Below, one piece after another: positions 18,116-27,816 of a stretch of 64,000 bases of DNA. A model generated the notes under the pieces. The model searched no databases, was not told the DNA's origin, and was given only the letters and a program-made list of their open reading frames with translations. The stretch is from Candidatus Thalassarchaeaceae archaeon (GTDB lineage: Archaea > Thermoplasmatota > Poseidoniia > Poseidoniales > Thalassarchaeaceae): positions 18,737-82,736 of the forward strand of contig JALRLV010000002.1 in the NCBI GenBank assembly GCA_023268715.1, in the 5' to 3' direction. Position numbers and translations under genes: made by a program. Positions within the stretch are counted from its first letter, which is position 1. The number at the start of each line of letters is the position of its first letter.

Positions 18116-20413
18116 ATGGGAGAAAACAAGCAGGAGTGGGACAGACTACTCTTCATTTTGCCGTTTTTGGCAATCGTGCCATATCTCTACAGCACTGGAG
18201 AATCGTCAACCGATTATTGGTGGTTAATTATCGCCGCACCTTTGGTATTCTTCGCAACGATTGCGATCGCAGGTCAGATTTGGAACGGTGATGAATTCTG
18301 GGTAAATCGCTTGAAGGAAGGAGGAATCTTAGGACTTGGAGCACTCAGCGTATCCCTTTCCGCTTCGATTTGGCTGATTTACGATTATCTCGATGCTCAC
18401 GGTCATATTGAATCTGGAGATCCATTCAGTTGGTTGACCTTCGATGTCCTAACCTACGATTCTGAGGGTTGGTCGATTGCCTCCGAAGGATTCAGTGGAA
18501 TCGGACTAGGAATATACCTTGATGCAGTTAGCATAATGCTACTATTTGTTGCCACTTTCCTCTGCTTCCTCATCTGTTGGTTCGCAATCGGATACATGAC
18601 TACCGATTCAATCAATGATAACTCAAACCATCGATTCTTCGCCGAATTCGTTCTATTCAGCATGGGTATGTTTGGAATGGTCCTCGCAGACAACTTCCTT
18701 TGGCTATTCATTTTCTGGGAAATAATGGGTCTTTGTTCCTATCTTCTTATCGGATTCTACTACTGGAAGGAAAGTGCTGCATACGCTGCAAAGAAGGCTT
18801 TCCTAACCACTCGCGTTGGCGATGTATTCCTAATGATTGGACTACTAATGCTCTATGACATATATGGCTCTCTAGACTTCGCTGTTGTCTTTGATGATCC
18901 ATCCACAGGTGTAGGTGGAGCAGCGGTGGATGCTGCTATGTTACAAACTGCACTATTGATGCTATTCATTGGAGCTGTAGGTAAGTCCGCTCAGTTCCCA
19001 TTGCACGTTTGGCTGCCGGACGCGATGGAGGGGCCAACTCCTGTATCGGCCCTTATCCACGCTGCCACCATGGTTAATGCTGGATTGTATCTAGTCGCTC
19101 GAATGGTACCATTCGTCGATGTTCATCATCATGGTGTGGCAGGAATGGAAGACCTAGGACTGATTGTTGCATGGGTCGGTGGAATTACCGCCTTTATGGC
19201 CGCAGCAATCGCTTTTGTGCAGAATGATATCAAGAAAGTGTTAGCATATTCCACGATGAGTCAACTGGCCTACATATTCACAGGACTTGGAGCAGCACTT
19301 TGGTTCTTCAATAACGATAAGCATCACGCAGGTGCTTTAATCTTCGGTGGTGCTCTATTCCACCTCTTCAATCACGCCATGGCAAAGGGAATGCTGTTTA
19401 TGGCGAGTGGTTCAGTAATTCACGAAGTTCATCACGCTCACGACCATTTGCATCATGGTGATCATGGAGATCATGACTTCGACCCTCAAGACATGCGCAA
19501 TATGGGTGGCTTGGCGAGCAAACTACCTGTAACAGCTACAGCGATGATGTTCGGGTCGATGTCAATTATTGGGATTCCGTTGATAGGTGGATTTTGGTCA
19601 AAGGAAATAATCGTTGGAAAGACATGGTATGCTTACTTCAACGGAGCAGACGCATTGCTTGGACCGGCTATACTAATTCTAGCAACTGCCGGTATGACCG
19701 GCTTCTACATGTCACGAATGTGGTTCATGACCTTCGCGGGTGAGCCAAAGAACGAACTCGTAGACCACGTCCATGAGGAGACTCCTTGGATCAAGACACC
19801 TCTTGTAATTCTTTCAATAATTACCGCCCTAGGTGGATTCGGACTTGCCCTCTATGGAATGGTGGATTGGCTATCTGGAGAGGCTGACCACCTATCTATT
19901 CACAAGGACACATTCGTCGATCAGGTGATTTACGAATTGGAGCATGCATTCCTACCTGAGGACGAACAAGTCCGAATGATTGGCTGGACCACTATCCTGC
20001 TTTCATTCATCATTGGTCCAATATTTGCCGCCCGAGTATACGGTGGTTCACTCAAAGAAGGCGAGAAAGCAACACCGATAGTTCACTGGCTAACTAGCCT
20101 GTCTGGCAAGTTTGGTAGCCAGAATGTCGATGAATTAGCAAACTCACAATTTGCCGAGGCATTACAGAACCGTCTGTATTTCGATGACCTGTACGAGTGG
20201 GTTCTAGGAAAGACCGTCCTTCCATTCTCGGCTTTCGCCGCTTGGTTTGATGCCAATGTAATCGATGGAGTAGTCAAGCAGATTGAATCCAATTCTGTTT
20301 TCGGTTCTGTACAAATTCGCAGAGTAACAACCGGTAGTGCCCGTGACTACATTCTGATGGCTGCCGTCGGGGCATTGTGTATATTCGCTCTAATTTGGGG
20401 GGTGAGCGCTTGA
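18116..20413 (+). CDS. nuoL: Complex I-like subunit L (antiporter-like)
   Basis: WEIMGLCSYLLIGF, GKSAQFPLHVWLPDAMEGPTPVSALIHAATMV, DIKKVLAYST; GAGGTGA SD before ATG 18116. Confidence 0.96.
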   Translation: MGENKQEWDRLLFILPFLAIVPYLYSTGESSTDYWWLIIAAPLVFFATIAIAGQIWNGDEFWVNRLKEGGILGLGALSVSLSASIWLIYDYLDAHGHIESGDPFSWLTFDVLTYDSEGWSIASEGFSGIGLGIYLDAVSIMLLFVATFLCFLICWFAIGYMTTDSINDNSNHRFFAEFVLFSMGMFGMVLADNFLWLFIFWEIMGLCSYLLIGFYYWKESAAYAAKKAFLTTRVGDVFLMIGLLMLYDIYGSLDFAVVFDDPSTGVGGAAVDAAMLQTALLMLFIGAVGKSAQFPLHVWLPDAMEGPTPVSALIHAATMVNAGLYLVARMVPFVDVHHHGVAGMEDLGLIVAWVGGITAFMAAAIAFVQNDIKKVLAYSTMSQLAYIFTGLGAALWFFNNDKHHAGALIFGGALFHLFNHAMAKGMLFMASGSVIHEVHHAHDHLHHGDHGDHDFDPQDMRNMGGLASKLPVTATAMMFGSMSIIGIPLIGGFWSKEIIVGKTWYAYFNGADALLGPAILILATAGMTGFYMSRMWFMTFAGEPKNELVDHVHEETPWIKTPLVILSIITALGGFGLALYGMVDWLSGEADHLSIHKDTFVDQVIYELEHAFLPEDEQVRMIGWTTILLSFIIGPIFAARVYGGSLKEGEKATPIVHWLTSLSGKFGSQNVDELANSQFAEALQNRLYFDDLYEWVLGKTVLPFSAFAAWFDANVIDGVVKQIESNSVFGSVQIRRVTTGSARDYILMAAVGALCIFALIWGVSA

Positions 20414-22023
20414 TTCAGTCAGACCCTCTAACATTCATCACTCTGACACCACTTGCTGTCGGTTTAGCCCTATTGATTCTACCATACCTCGCTCCTGCAA
20501 GCATGGCGGATTTCACTCGAAAGATATCACGCTCGCTTTCGATGGGAGTTGCTTTGGCAATCTTCGCCATAACAACCGCGCTATTCCTCGGTCAAATTGG
20601 TAATATCGATTGGCTAAATATCACACAAGGTCAGTATGTTTTCCAAAATGATTCAGTAGTTCTGCTAGAAAGTATTGGTGTAAGTTGGGTAGTCGGGGTA
20701 GACGCATTGTCCTTCCCAATGGTTTGGCTTACAGCTCTATTAATTCCTATATCGATGTTGGTTGAATGGGATGCAAAGAAAGGACACCTTTTCCACCCGC
20801 TAATCCTAATCATGGAGGGTGCACTGATTGGTGTTTTCGTAATACTCGACTTATTCGTCTTTTACGTCTTCTGGGAATTGACTCTAATCCCGATGTTCTT
20901 CCTGATTTTGGTTTGGGGTGGAGACGACCGAAGATATGCTTCGATGAAATTCTTCATCTACACTTTCACAGCTAGTGTTCTGATGCTAATTGGTATCCTT
21001 GTGATGTACTTCCATACCGATCCAATTAGCGGTCTAGGGACCTTAACCGGCCATCATTTCGACTTGGTATCAATGACGGCCCAGGCATCTGGAAATGGAT
21101 TAATTTCAGGAGAAGGTTTGCGCCACTTTGTTTGGCTTCTGTTGCTAATCGGATTTGCAACTAAGATGCCTAGTGTACCAGTTCACACATGGTTGCCAGA
21201 CGCTCACGTTCAGGCACCAACCGCAGGGTCAATGTTGTTGGCTGGTGTCATGTTGAAGATGGGCGCATACGGATTCCTAAGAATTGCTGTAACGATCTTC
21301 CCTGAATCAACTGTCGTCTTCACTCCATTGTTGATTGTACTAGGAATGGCGAGCCTAGTGTACGGAGCCATTGTATGTATGGGTCAGACAAATCTCAAGC
21401 GAATGGTTGCTTACTCATCCGTATCTCACATGGGATTGATTTTCCTTGGAATAGCAACCATGCAACCACTGGGAATCGCTGGTGCCCTATTCATGATGTT
21501 TGCACACGGAATCATCAGCCCACTTCTCTTCGCCGTAGCTGGAGCCTTCAAGCACCACTACCACACTCTTGAGATTGGGTCGATGCGTGGAATCGCACAT
21601 CACTCTCCATGGTTGGCTGGTCATATGATGCTAGGTTGGATGGCGAGCCTTGGGCTTCCGTTGTTGGCTGGATTCGTAGCCGAAATTGCAGTAATGATAG
21701 CCTTCTGGATGACATTTGGTTGGTTAGTGATTTGGCCAGCATTGACGCTAATAATTACTGCTGTATACTACTTAACCAGTATGCAGAGAACTATTTTCGA
21801 GGGCGGAGATCCTCATGTTGGTGTACTTCCAGATACCATGCATGGAGAAGAACCTCGAGATATTACTTGGCATGAGAATGCTGGAATGTTTGTTCTGGGA
21901 GCCCTCACAGTATTGTTTGGAATCATGCCATTCATCTTCTGGGACATGATGTCAGATTGGTCTACAGAATTCATGCTGGAGACATTAGTTGAGGCTATGA
22001 ATAGTCAGGGGGTGAAGCCCTGA
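20410..22023 (+). CDS. nuoM: Complex I-like subunit M
   Basis: FYVFWELTLIPM, HTWLPDAHVQAPTAGS, KRMVAYSSVSHMG; GGTGA SD then TTGA overlap with the nuoL stop. Confidence 0.95.
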   Translation: MIQSDPLTFITLTPLAVGLALLILPYLAPASMADFTRKISRSLSMGVALAIFAITTALFLGQIGNIDWLNITQGQYVFQNDSVVLLESIGVSWVVGVDALSFPMVWLTALLIPISMLVEWDAKKGHLFHPLILIMEGALIGVFVILDLFVFYVFWELTLIPMFFLILVWGGDDRRYASMKFFIYTFTASVLMLIGILVMYFHTDPISGLGTLTGHHFDLVSMTAQASGNGLISGEGLRHFVWLLLLIGFATKMPSVPVHTWLPDAHVQAPTAGSMLLAGVMLKMGAYGFLRIAVTIFPESTVVFTPLLIVLGMASLVYGAIVCMGQTNLKRMVAYSSVSHMGLIFLGIATMQPLGIAGALFMMFAHGIISPLLFAVAGAFKHHYHTLEIGSMRGIAHHSPWLAGHMMLGWMASLGLPLLAGFVAEIAVMIAFWMTFGWLVIWPALTLIITAVYYLTSMQRTIFEGGDPHVGVLPDTMHGEEPRDITWHENAGMFVLGALTVLFGIMPFIFWDMMSDWSTEFMLETLVEAMNSQGVKP

Positions 22024-23696
22024 TGTTGACCACTGAAGAAATGGAAATATTGCTACCTGAGTTGACTCTGGTTGCAGGTATTATTCTGGCTGTTTTAATC
22101 CCAAACCTTGGAGACTCAACTCTAAGAATTCCTCTAACCAGAACTCGCATTCCGGTCTTTATCGGTGGTACTCGCTTCAAGCGCACATCCGACCCCAGAG
22201 TTCCAGCCCGTATCGGAATCTCTGCTTTATTCGTAGCATTTGTGTTTTCTTTCCTAGAAATCGAATCTGCATCTGGTGAGGTTGGCGGAGTTATCGAAAT
22301 CACTTCGTTTACCAGAATGATGTCGTTCGTATTCTATGGAGCACTCCTCCTAGCAGCGATTGCTACAGCCTACAGAATGCCTGCTCGACTTTCTGCTAGA
22401 GCTCCAACCGAGAAGGATTCTGAATCTCGAGCAGAGGCTCTTGTCGCCGCTTTGATGGATAATCGCCGTCAGGTAGATTTCCACATTCTTCTGATGATGG
22501 TTGGACTCGGAATGGGTCTTATGGCGATGGCTTCGAATCTTTTCTTCATGTTCGTTGCAATAGAGTTGGCGAGCCTCGCGGCATATGTATTGGTTGCATT
22601 CCACAAAGAAGAGGAAGTTGGAGGCGAGGCAGGTGCCAAGTACTTCATCGTCGGTTCAGTTGCTAGTGCTACTGGAATCTATGGAATGTCCTTGGTTTAT
22701 CTTTGGTCAGGAGACCTTGATTTCGATGCACTAGCCGCCTCTTGGGCCGCTATGGATGGATTAGATCCATTCGCGGTCATTGGAGTTGGATTGATGTTGG
22801 TCGCTTTCGGATTCAAGGTCAGCGCTGCGCCTTTCCATCTCGCCGCACCCGACGCGTATGCTGGTGCCTCTTCACCCGTTGCGGGTGTGCTGGCTACTGC
22901 TTCCAAGGCGATGGGTTTTGTCGCCCTCTTCAGAGTTCTAATCGAGGTTACAATGCCCGAAGAGGGAGAGGCTCTTTGGTTTGGCATTCTTGCAATAATC
23001 GCTGTAATTACGATGACTTGGGGTAACCTAGCAGCGTTAACCAGTGAAAATCCAAAGAGGATGTTAGCCTATTCGAGCGTCGCCCACGCTGGATATATGT
23101 TGGCGGCAATGGCTGCTGTTGGTAGCGGATTAGGCGATTCATCAACAACCGAGCTAGTCTTGGTTGCTATCGTCTTCCATCTGACAATTTTGGTTCTATT
23201 CAAACTAGGTGCATTCCTAGTTCTTGGTATGCTTGAGACTGAAGGTCGAAGTCATCGCTTAGAAGACCTTCACGGTCTCGCTCAGCGAGACCCGTTGATT
23301 GCAGGTTCGATGTTTATCTTCATGCTAGCATTGGCTGGAGTTCCGCCATTATCGGGATTCCTTTCGAAATTATTGATGATCAACGGAATCGTAAATATCA
23401 GCGCTGGCACTGGTAGCACATCTGCAGATGCAATTATTCCTTGGGCCGAAACTGTCGACCCAGTTTTCTGGCTTGCAATTGCAATTGTATTGAACAGTGC
23501 TCTGTCTCTATTCTACTATCTTCGAATTGTCCTAGTTATGTTCTTCGAAGCTCCTGAAAACTCTAAGCCTCTCAGAGAGGCATTACATCTGCGTAACACC
23601 ATCCTAGTTCTCACAGTACTAACGGTATTCTTCGGTATTGGTTCAGGTGCAGAGTATCTTCTAGACCTCGTTAAAACAGCGGTTTCTGATCTTTGA
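22023..23696 (+). CDS. nuoN: Complex I-like subunit N
   Basis: EAGAKYF, GFKVSAAPFH, KRMLAYSSVAHAGY, LAGVPPLSGF, YYLR. Confidence 0.95.
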   Translation: MLTTEEMEILLPELTLVAGIILAVLIPNLGDSTLRIPLTRTRIPVFIGGTRFKRTSDPRVPARIGISALFVAFVFSFLEIESASGEVGGVIEITSFTRMMSFVFYGALLLAAIATAYRMPARLSARAPTEKDSESRAEALVAALMDNRRQVDFHILLMMVGLGMGLMAMASNLFFMFVAIELASLAAYVLVAFHKEEEVGGEAGAKYFIVGSVASATGIYGMSLVYLWSGDLDFDALAASWAAMDGLDPFAVIGVGLMLVAFGFKVSAAPFHLAAPDAYAGASSPVAGVLATASKAMGFVALFRVLIEVTMPEEGEALWFGILAIIAVITMTWGNLAALTSENPKRMLAYSSVAHAGYMLAAMAAVGSGLGDSSTTELVLVAIVFHLTILVLFKLGAFLVLGMLETEGRSHRLEDLHGLAQRDPLIAGSMFIFMLALAGVPPLSGFLSKLLMINGIVNISAGTGSTSADAIIPWAETVDPVFWLAIAIVLNSALSLFYYLRIVLVMFFEAPENSKPLREALHLRNTILVLTVLTVFFGIGSGAEYLLDLVKTAVSDL

Positions 23697-23702
23697 TTCA
23701 GA

Positions 23703-23737
23703 ACGGTTCATCACGAGGGTGAAATAACCGTAAAAAA
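23703..23737 (+). terminator. Putative terminator stem-loop after the complex I operon
   Basis: ACGGTT-ca-TCAC-gagg-GTGA-aat-AACCGT followed by an A-run, just downstream of the nuoN stop. Confidence 0.4.
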
Positions 23738-23767
23738 CTATGAATACCTCTCCAATTACAGCTTTTT

Positions 23768-24079
23768 ATGAGGAAACTTTTGGCGCTCATTTTTGGCAAT
23801 TCTAGCGAGAAGAATATCCAGAAAAATAATGGCGGCCAAGAATTATCTTCCACGAATAACTGGATTGGGCCAGATGGAACTGAGAGTGGCCCAGATGTCC
23901 CTGAAGATTGGTATTTGACGTACGATGGGCCTGCACCAATCGTAGAGGAGATTTACGATCAAAACTATGCAGTTGATAGGGGAAACGGAGTTGTTCCTAT
24001 TGATTTTTACATCAAAAAATGGGGCGTTCCAGAGGGTTTTGGAAATACAGAACATGAGAAACTTTGGTCTATTGAATGA
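23768..24079 (+). CDS. Hypothetical protein (103 aa, Trp/Gly/Pro-rich)
   Basis: ATG-start ORF filling the gap between nuoN and aIF-1A; no recognised motif. Confidence 0.55.
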   Translation: MRKLLALIFGNSSEKNIQKNNGGQELSSTNNWIGPDGTESGPDVPEDWYLTYDGPAPIVEEIYDQNYAVDRGNGVVPIDFYIKKWGVPEGFGNTEHEKLWSIE

Positions 24080-24237
24080 ACCGATGTATATCTGCATTCA
24101 AATTTATATCGACATCAGAATTTGTTTCCCACGGTATATGTAGGCCATATAATCGCTGGAGAGTTAACCATAATCCCCCATTTCCTATCTAATCAACAAG
24201 GCATGGTTTCACATAGGGGTCTCTCGACCGACGCCCA

Positions 24238-24783
24238 ATGGCGCGTCGAGAGGAGCGTGTGGACACAGAGTTGCTGGCGCAGCTTGAATCTGGTGCCGGC
24301 GACAAAATCCGCGTAACACTCCCGAATAAGAAAATCAACGAAATGTTCGCTATCGCAGACCAAATCCTTGGTGGTCGAAGAGTTAGAGCGGTTTGCGAAG
24401 ATGGCGAGAGTCGTCTGGCGCGTATTCCAGGAAAGATGCGAAGACGCCAATGGGTCCGTGAGGGTGACCTAGTAATTGTTCAACCATGGGATTTCCAAGA
24501 TTCAAGAGCAGATGTAAGGATGCGCTATACCAAAACTCAGTCAATCTACCTATCACGAAAGGGGGTCTTGCCCGAGATAGTCGACTTATTCGGAATGACC
24601 GATGATCAAATTCACGAACAGGATGAAGATTACGAAATTGTCGATTCCGGTGAAGTGGGAGAGGATACAGCAACCGAAGAGGCCGAAGAAGTCGAATCGG
24701 AAGAAGAAGAAGTTGTTGAAGAGCCGAAGAGATCGACTTTTGCTGATGATGACGATGATGATATCGACTCATTCTTCGGGTGA
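24238..24783 (+). CDS. eif1a: Translation initiation factor aIF-1A with long acidic C-terminal tail
   Basis: LGGRRVRAVCEDGESRLARIPGKMRRRQWVREGDLVIVQPWDFQ...MRY. Confidence 0.95.
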   Translation: MARREERVDTELLAQLESGAGDKIRVTLPNKKINEMFAIADQILGGRRVRAVCEDGESRLARIPGKMRRRQWVREGDLVIVQPWDFQDSRADVRMRYTKTQSIYLSRKGVLPEIVDLFGMTDDQIHEQDEDYEIVDSGEVGEDTATEEAEEVESEEEEVVEEPKRSTFADDDDDDIDSFFG

Positions 24784-24788
24784 GGACG

Positions 24789-25670
24789 ATGGCAAACCCC
24801 GACTGGGAAGATGTCGACCCAGACGCTCTAATGAGATCGGCGAAGCAACATGATTGGATGGCGGAGCCACGCTTCAAGCGAATGTTTGAGGAAATCGAAG
24901 ACAATTTGCAAGGAGTTCTTGGTTCCGGTCAATATGATTGGGTCGATAGGCGAGTATTCGATGCTGTCTTCGATCGTTCCACTCTGATGTCTTTGCACAA
25001 ATTGATGCAGGCAGGTGAGATAGAAACTGTAGATTATCCAATCGCTCGCGGTAAAGAGGCTCACGTATTTCACGCAACCACAAACCAAGGACCGGCTGCA
25101 GTGAAGATTTTCCATACTACAAATGCCGTCTTCAAAAGTCTTGCAAAATACATCGATGGCGACCCACGATTCGGTGGACTTAAGCGCCGCCATCGTGAAT
25201 TGGTAAAGATCTGGGTTCGCAAGGAATACCGAAACCTACGGCGAATGCGGAAAGCCGGGATCAGAGTTCCAAGACCCAGAGCGATTCTAAACAACGTCTT
25301 GGTGATGGATTTAATCGGTGATGAAAGCGAACCTTCTCCTCGCCTGAAGGACATAACTATCGATGATCCGAAGGGAGTCTTCGACGACCTTCTTGAAATT
25401 CTTGCAGTTTGTTGGCAAACCTGTGATCTTGCCCATGCAGACTTTAGCGAATACAATATTCTCTGGTACGATGGCGAGCCATGGGTAATAGATGTCGGTC
25501 AAGCAGTAGTTAGTGCTCATCCTTCCTCAAATGAATTCCTAGTTCGAGACGTCACTCGCCTCGTTGAGTGGATTAATCGACAAGGACACGAGGTAAATCT
25601 CGCTGACTCTTTGTTAAGGGTGCTCGAGGAACCGGTTCCCACCTACCCGGCCCTTTCGGGCGGGGATTAA
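24789..25670 (+). CDS. rio1: RIO1-family serine kinase/ATPase
   Basis: GKEAHVF, AVKIF, YIDGDPRF, HADFSEYNIL, IDVGQAV; adjacent to aIF-1A. Confidence 0.93.
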   Translation: MANPDWEDVDPDALMRSAKQHDWMAEPRFKRMFEEIEDNLQGVLGSGQYDWVDRRVFDAVFDRSTLMSLHKLMQAGEIETVDYPIARGKEAHVFHATTNQGPAAVKIFHTTNAVFKSLAKYIDGDPRFGGLKRRHRELVKIWVRKEYRNLRRMRKAGIRVPRPRAILNNVLVMDLIGDESEPSPRLKDITIDDPKGVFDDLLEILAVCWQTCDLAHADFSEYNILWYDGEPWVIDVGQAVVSAHPSSNEFLVRDVTRLVEWINRQGHEVNLADSLLRVLEEPVPTYPALSGGD

Positions 25671-25696
25671 AACGGGACGGCGGGTCGCCCACTTTC

Positions 25697-26425
25697 GTGG
25701 AACTTCTAGCCCGCATACCCAAAGACCGCATAGCGGTGCTAATTGGCAAGGCTGGGCGTACTCGCAAGATGCTTGAGAAAGCAAGTGGCTCGAGTTTGGA
25801 AATCGATTCCCAAACCGGTGATGTTTCGGCTATTTGGGAAGTCGATGAAATAGATCCAATCGTGAAAATGAAAATGCCTGATGTAATCCGCGCGATTGGA
25901 CGTGGACTAGCACCAAATCGCGCGGTAAAATTACTCGATGATGAGGTATTCCTTCGAATGTACGACATTCGTGAATGGGTAGGACGACAGCCAAACCAGA
26001 CTCGCCGAATGCGAAGCCGATTAATCGGAAGGAACGGACGCATTCGTAGCTTAATCGAAGAGATGTCCCAAACCGAGATGGCAATCTATGGCTCTACAGT
26101 TTTGGTAATTGGGGACGAGGATGGTCTAGCATTAGCAACCCCTGCAATCGAGAATATTCTCAATGGAGCCGAACATGGAACAGTCCTGCACGGTTTAGAA
26201 CAAGATCGCAAGCGTATGCGAATACAATCTCGTAGTCTTGACACATATGATACCGGTAAAGGATCATCCGATGCCTTTGACTCATTAGTTCCTGGACTCG
26301 CAGATGCCCGACGCCGACGTGAACGCAGATTCAAGTCTGCTCAAGTCGATCCAGATGATGAGAAAGAAGTCGCTGAGATGTTAGAATTGGCAGAAGACGA
26401 GTCAATAACTTACGGCGAAGAGTGA
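25697..26425 (+). CDS. KH-domain pre-rRNA processing protein (Dim2/Pno1)
   Basis: RIAVLIGKAG, AIGRG, RLIGRNGRIR, GAEHGTV; conserved archaeal aIF1A-rio1-dim2 order. Confidence 0.9.
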   Translation: MELLARIPKDRIAVLIGKAGRTRKMLEKASGSSLEIDSQTGDVSAIWEVDEIDPIVKMKMPDVIRAIGRGLAPNRAVKLLDDEVFLRMYDIREWVGRQPNQTRRMRSRLIGRNGRIRSLIEEMSQTEMAIYGSTVLVIGDEDGLALATPAIENILNGAEHGTVLHGLEQDRKRMRIQSRSLDTYDTGKGSSDAFDSLVPGLADARRRRERRFKSAQVDPDDEKEVAEMLELAEDESITYGEE

Positions 26426-26453
26426 TTTCTACAGCCGCCACGCCTAAGCGCAG

Positions 26454-27749
26454 GTGCTTTCTCGACAGGCCGTGAACGTGCTAGAGGAGTGGTACGATTA
26501 CGAGCGTTTGGTAATCCAAGTGCTCGCCGTAATCATGACATTATTCTGTATTGGAGCATTCCTCGGTACAATGGATTTTTCTAATCCACTGTCTGATTTT
26601 GTCTACAAATATTATCTCGATCCAGTAATTGGAGAATCAACTGGAGATTCCGGTTACAACATGGTCAACACCATGACCTATGGAATCGTTCTGGCTATGT
26701 TCGTCGTAGCAATGTCGGGCTGGTTGAGGCATTTGGGAGTCGATGGTTCGGATAGAACGCTACTTGCATTACTTCCATTCGTCCTTTGGGCGGCGCTTGG
26801 AGAGATAGTGGAAGACGCAGAAATGTTTGGGGAATTCTTCTCGGCTTGGTTTGTAAGTCCAGGAGTTCACTTCCAGACCGCTGCTTGGGTAATTATCGCT
26901 GGCTGGTTTGGATATTCAATCCATAACTCGGATTCTAGCGATGAAGAAAAGGCCGAGAAGGTAAAATCTGCTTCGATGATTATCATCTTCACTCAATTTG
27001 TAATCTATGCCAATTCAATCGATGGTAAAACTGACTTCGATATTTCATTGATGCTATTCTTTAGCATAATTGCGTTTTTCTCCCCGCATTTTTTGCAATC
27101 CAGCGCTGATGGTTTTGATAATATTCAGCGCACAGTCTACTTTTCAGGAATCGGCGGTTGTCTTGTTCTGTTCGGAGCCATTGCATCCTATTTGTCCTCA
27201 ATCGACATAACTCAAATTGACAATTATCCATACAATTTCGTTGCAGTGGTCGTAGTTATTGGATTCCCAGTAGTACTGTGCTGGTTCATGCTAGAACAAG
27301 GAAGAGAGGCCGCCGCAGAACTGGAATCTCAAGGAATAATTGCAGGAATTTTACCACCTGGAATGAACGAAGATGAATACATGGCACTCGAATCAGAGCA
27401 GAAGACTTTGATTGAATCCCTACGATTGAAGGCAACAATGGCATATCCGGTAGCATTCCTTCCCGTTGCCGGCCAGTTGATGGATGGTATTGCTACATAT
27501 ATCGGCATCGACTTCTTCGGATACACAGAGAAGCACATAGTATCGGAGGCAGTGGTGCAATTGTTCGATACCGCATTGACTTTTGCAGTCCTTAAGTTAG
27601 GAATTGGCGGAGTTGTATTCTGGTTCTATTCTATGGCCAACTTCGAGTATCGTCAACAGCACCTACGACTATTGATCGGCCTTGCACTAATGGTGGTTGG
27701 AATGGCACCTGGATTGCGTAATATCGGGCGATTGATGTTGGGTGTCTAA
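26454..27749 (+). CDS. DUF63-like multi-pass membrane protein
   Basis: YYLDPV..GYNMVNTMTYG, LMDGIATYIG..GYTEKH, GMAPGLRN motifs recalled for DUF63. Confidence 0.75.
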   Translation: MLSRQAVNVLEEWYDYERLVIQVLAVIMTLFCIGAFLGTMDFSNPLSDFVYKYYLDPVIGESTGDSGYNMVNTMTYGIVLAMFVVAMSGWLRHLGVDGSDRTLLALLPFVLWAALGEIVEDAEMFGEFFSAWFVSPGVHFQTAAWVIIAGWFGYSIHNSDSSDEEKAEKVKSASMIIIFTQFVIYANSIDGKTDFDISLMLFFSIIAFFSPHFLQSSADGFDNIQRTVYFSGIGGCLVLFGAIASYLSSIDITQIDNYPYNFVAVVVVIGFPVVLCWFMLEQGREAAAELESQGIIAGILPPGMNEDEYMALESEQKTLIESLRLKATMAYPVAFLPVAGQLMDGIATYIGIDFFGYTEKHIVSEAVVQLFDTALTFAVLKLGIGGVVFWFYSMANFEYRQQHLRLLIGLALMVVGMAPGLRNIGRLMLGV

Positions 27750-27751
27750 TC

Positions 27752-27770
27752 ACGACATCTACGATGTCGT
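27752..27770. repeat. Intergenic hairpin ACGACATC-TAC-GATGTCGT
   Basis: Perfect 8-bp inverted repeat 2 nt after the TAA at 27747-27749. Confidence 0.6.
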
Positions 27771-27816
27771 ATCCATTGGATTCAAGGTTCGCCGGTAGTC
27801 TCACGGGTTGATTGCG

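Noticed and set aside
24744-24765. GAT/GAC microsatellite-like run
   Set aside because: It encodes the poly-Asp tail of aIF-1A.
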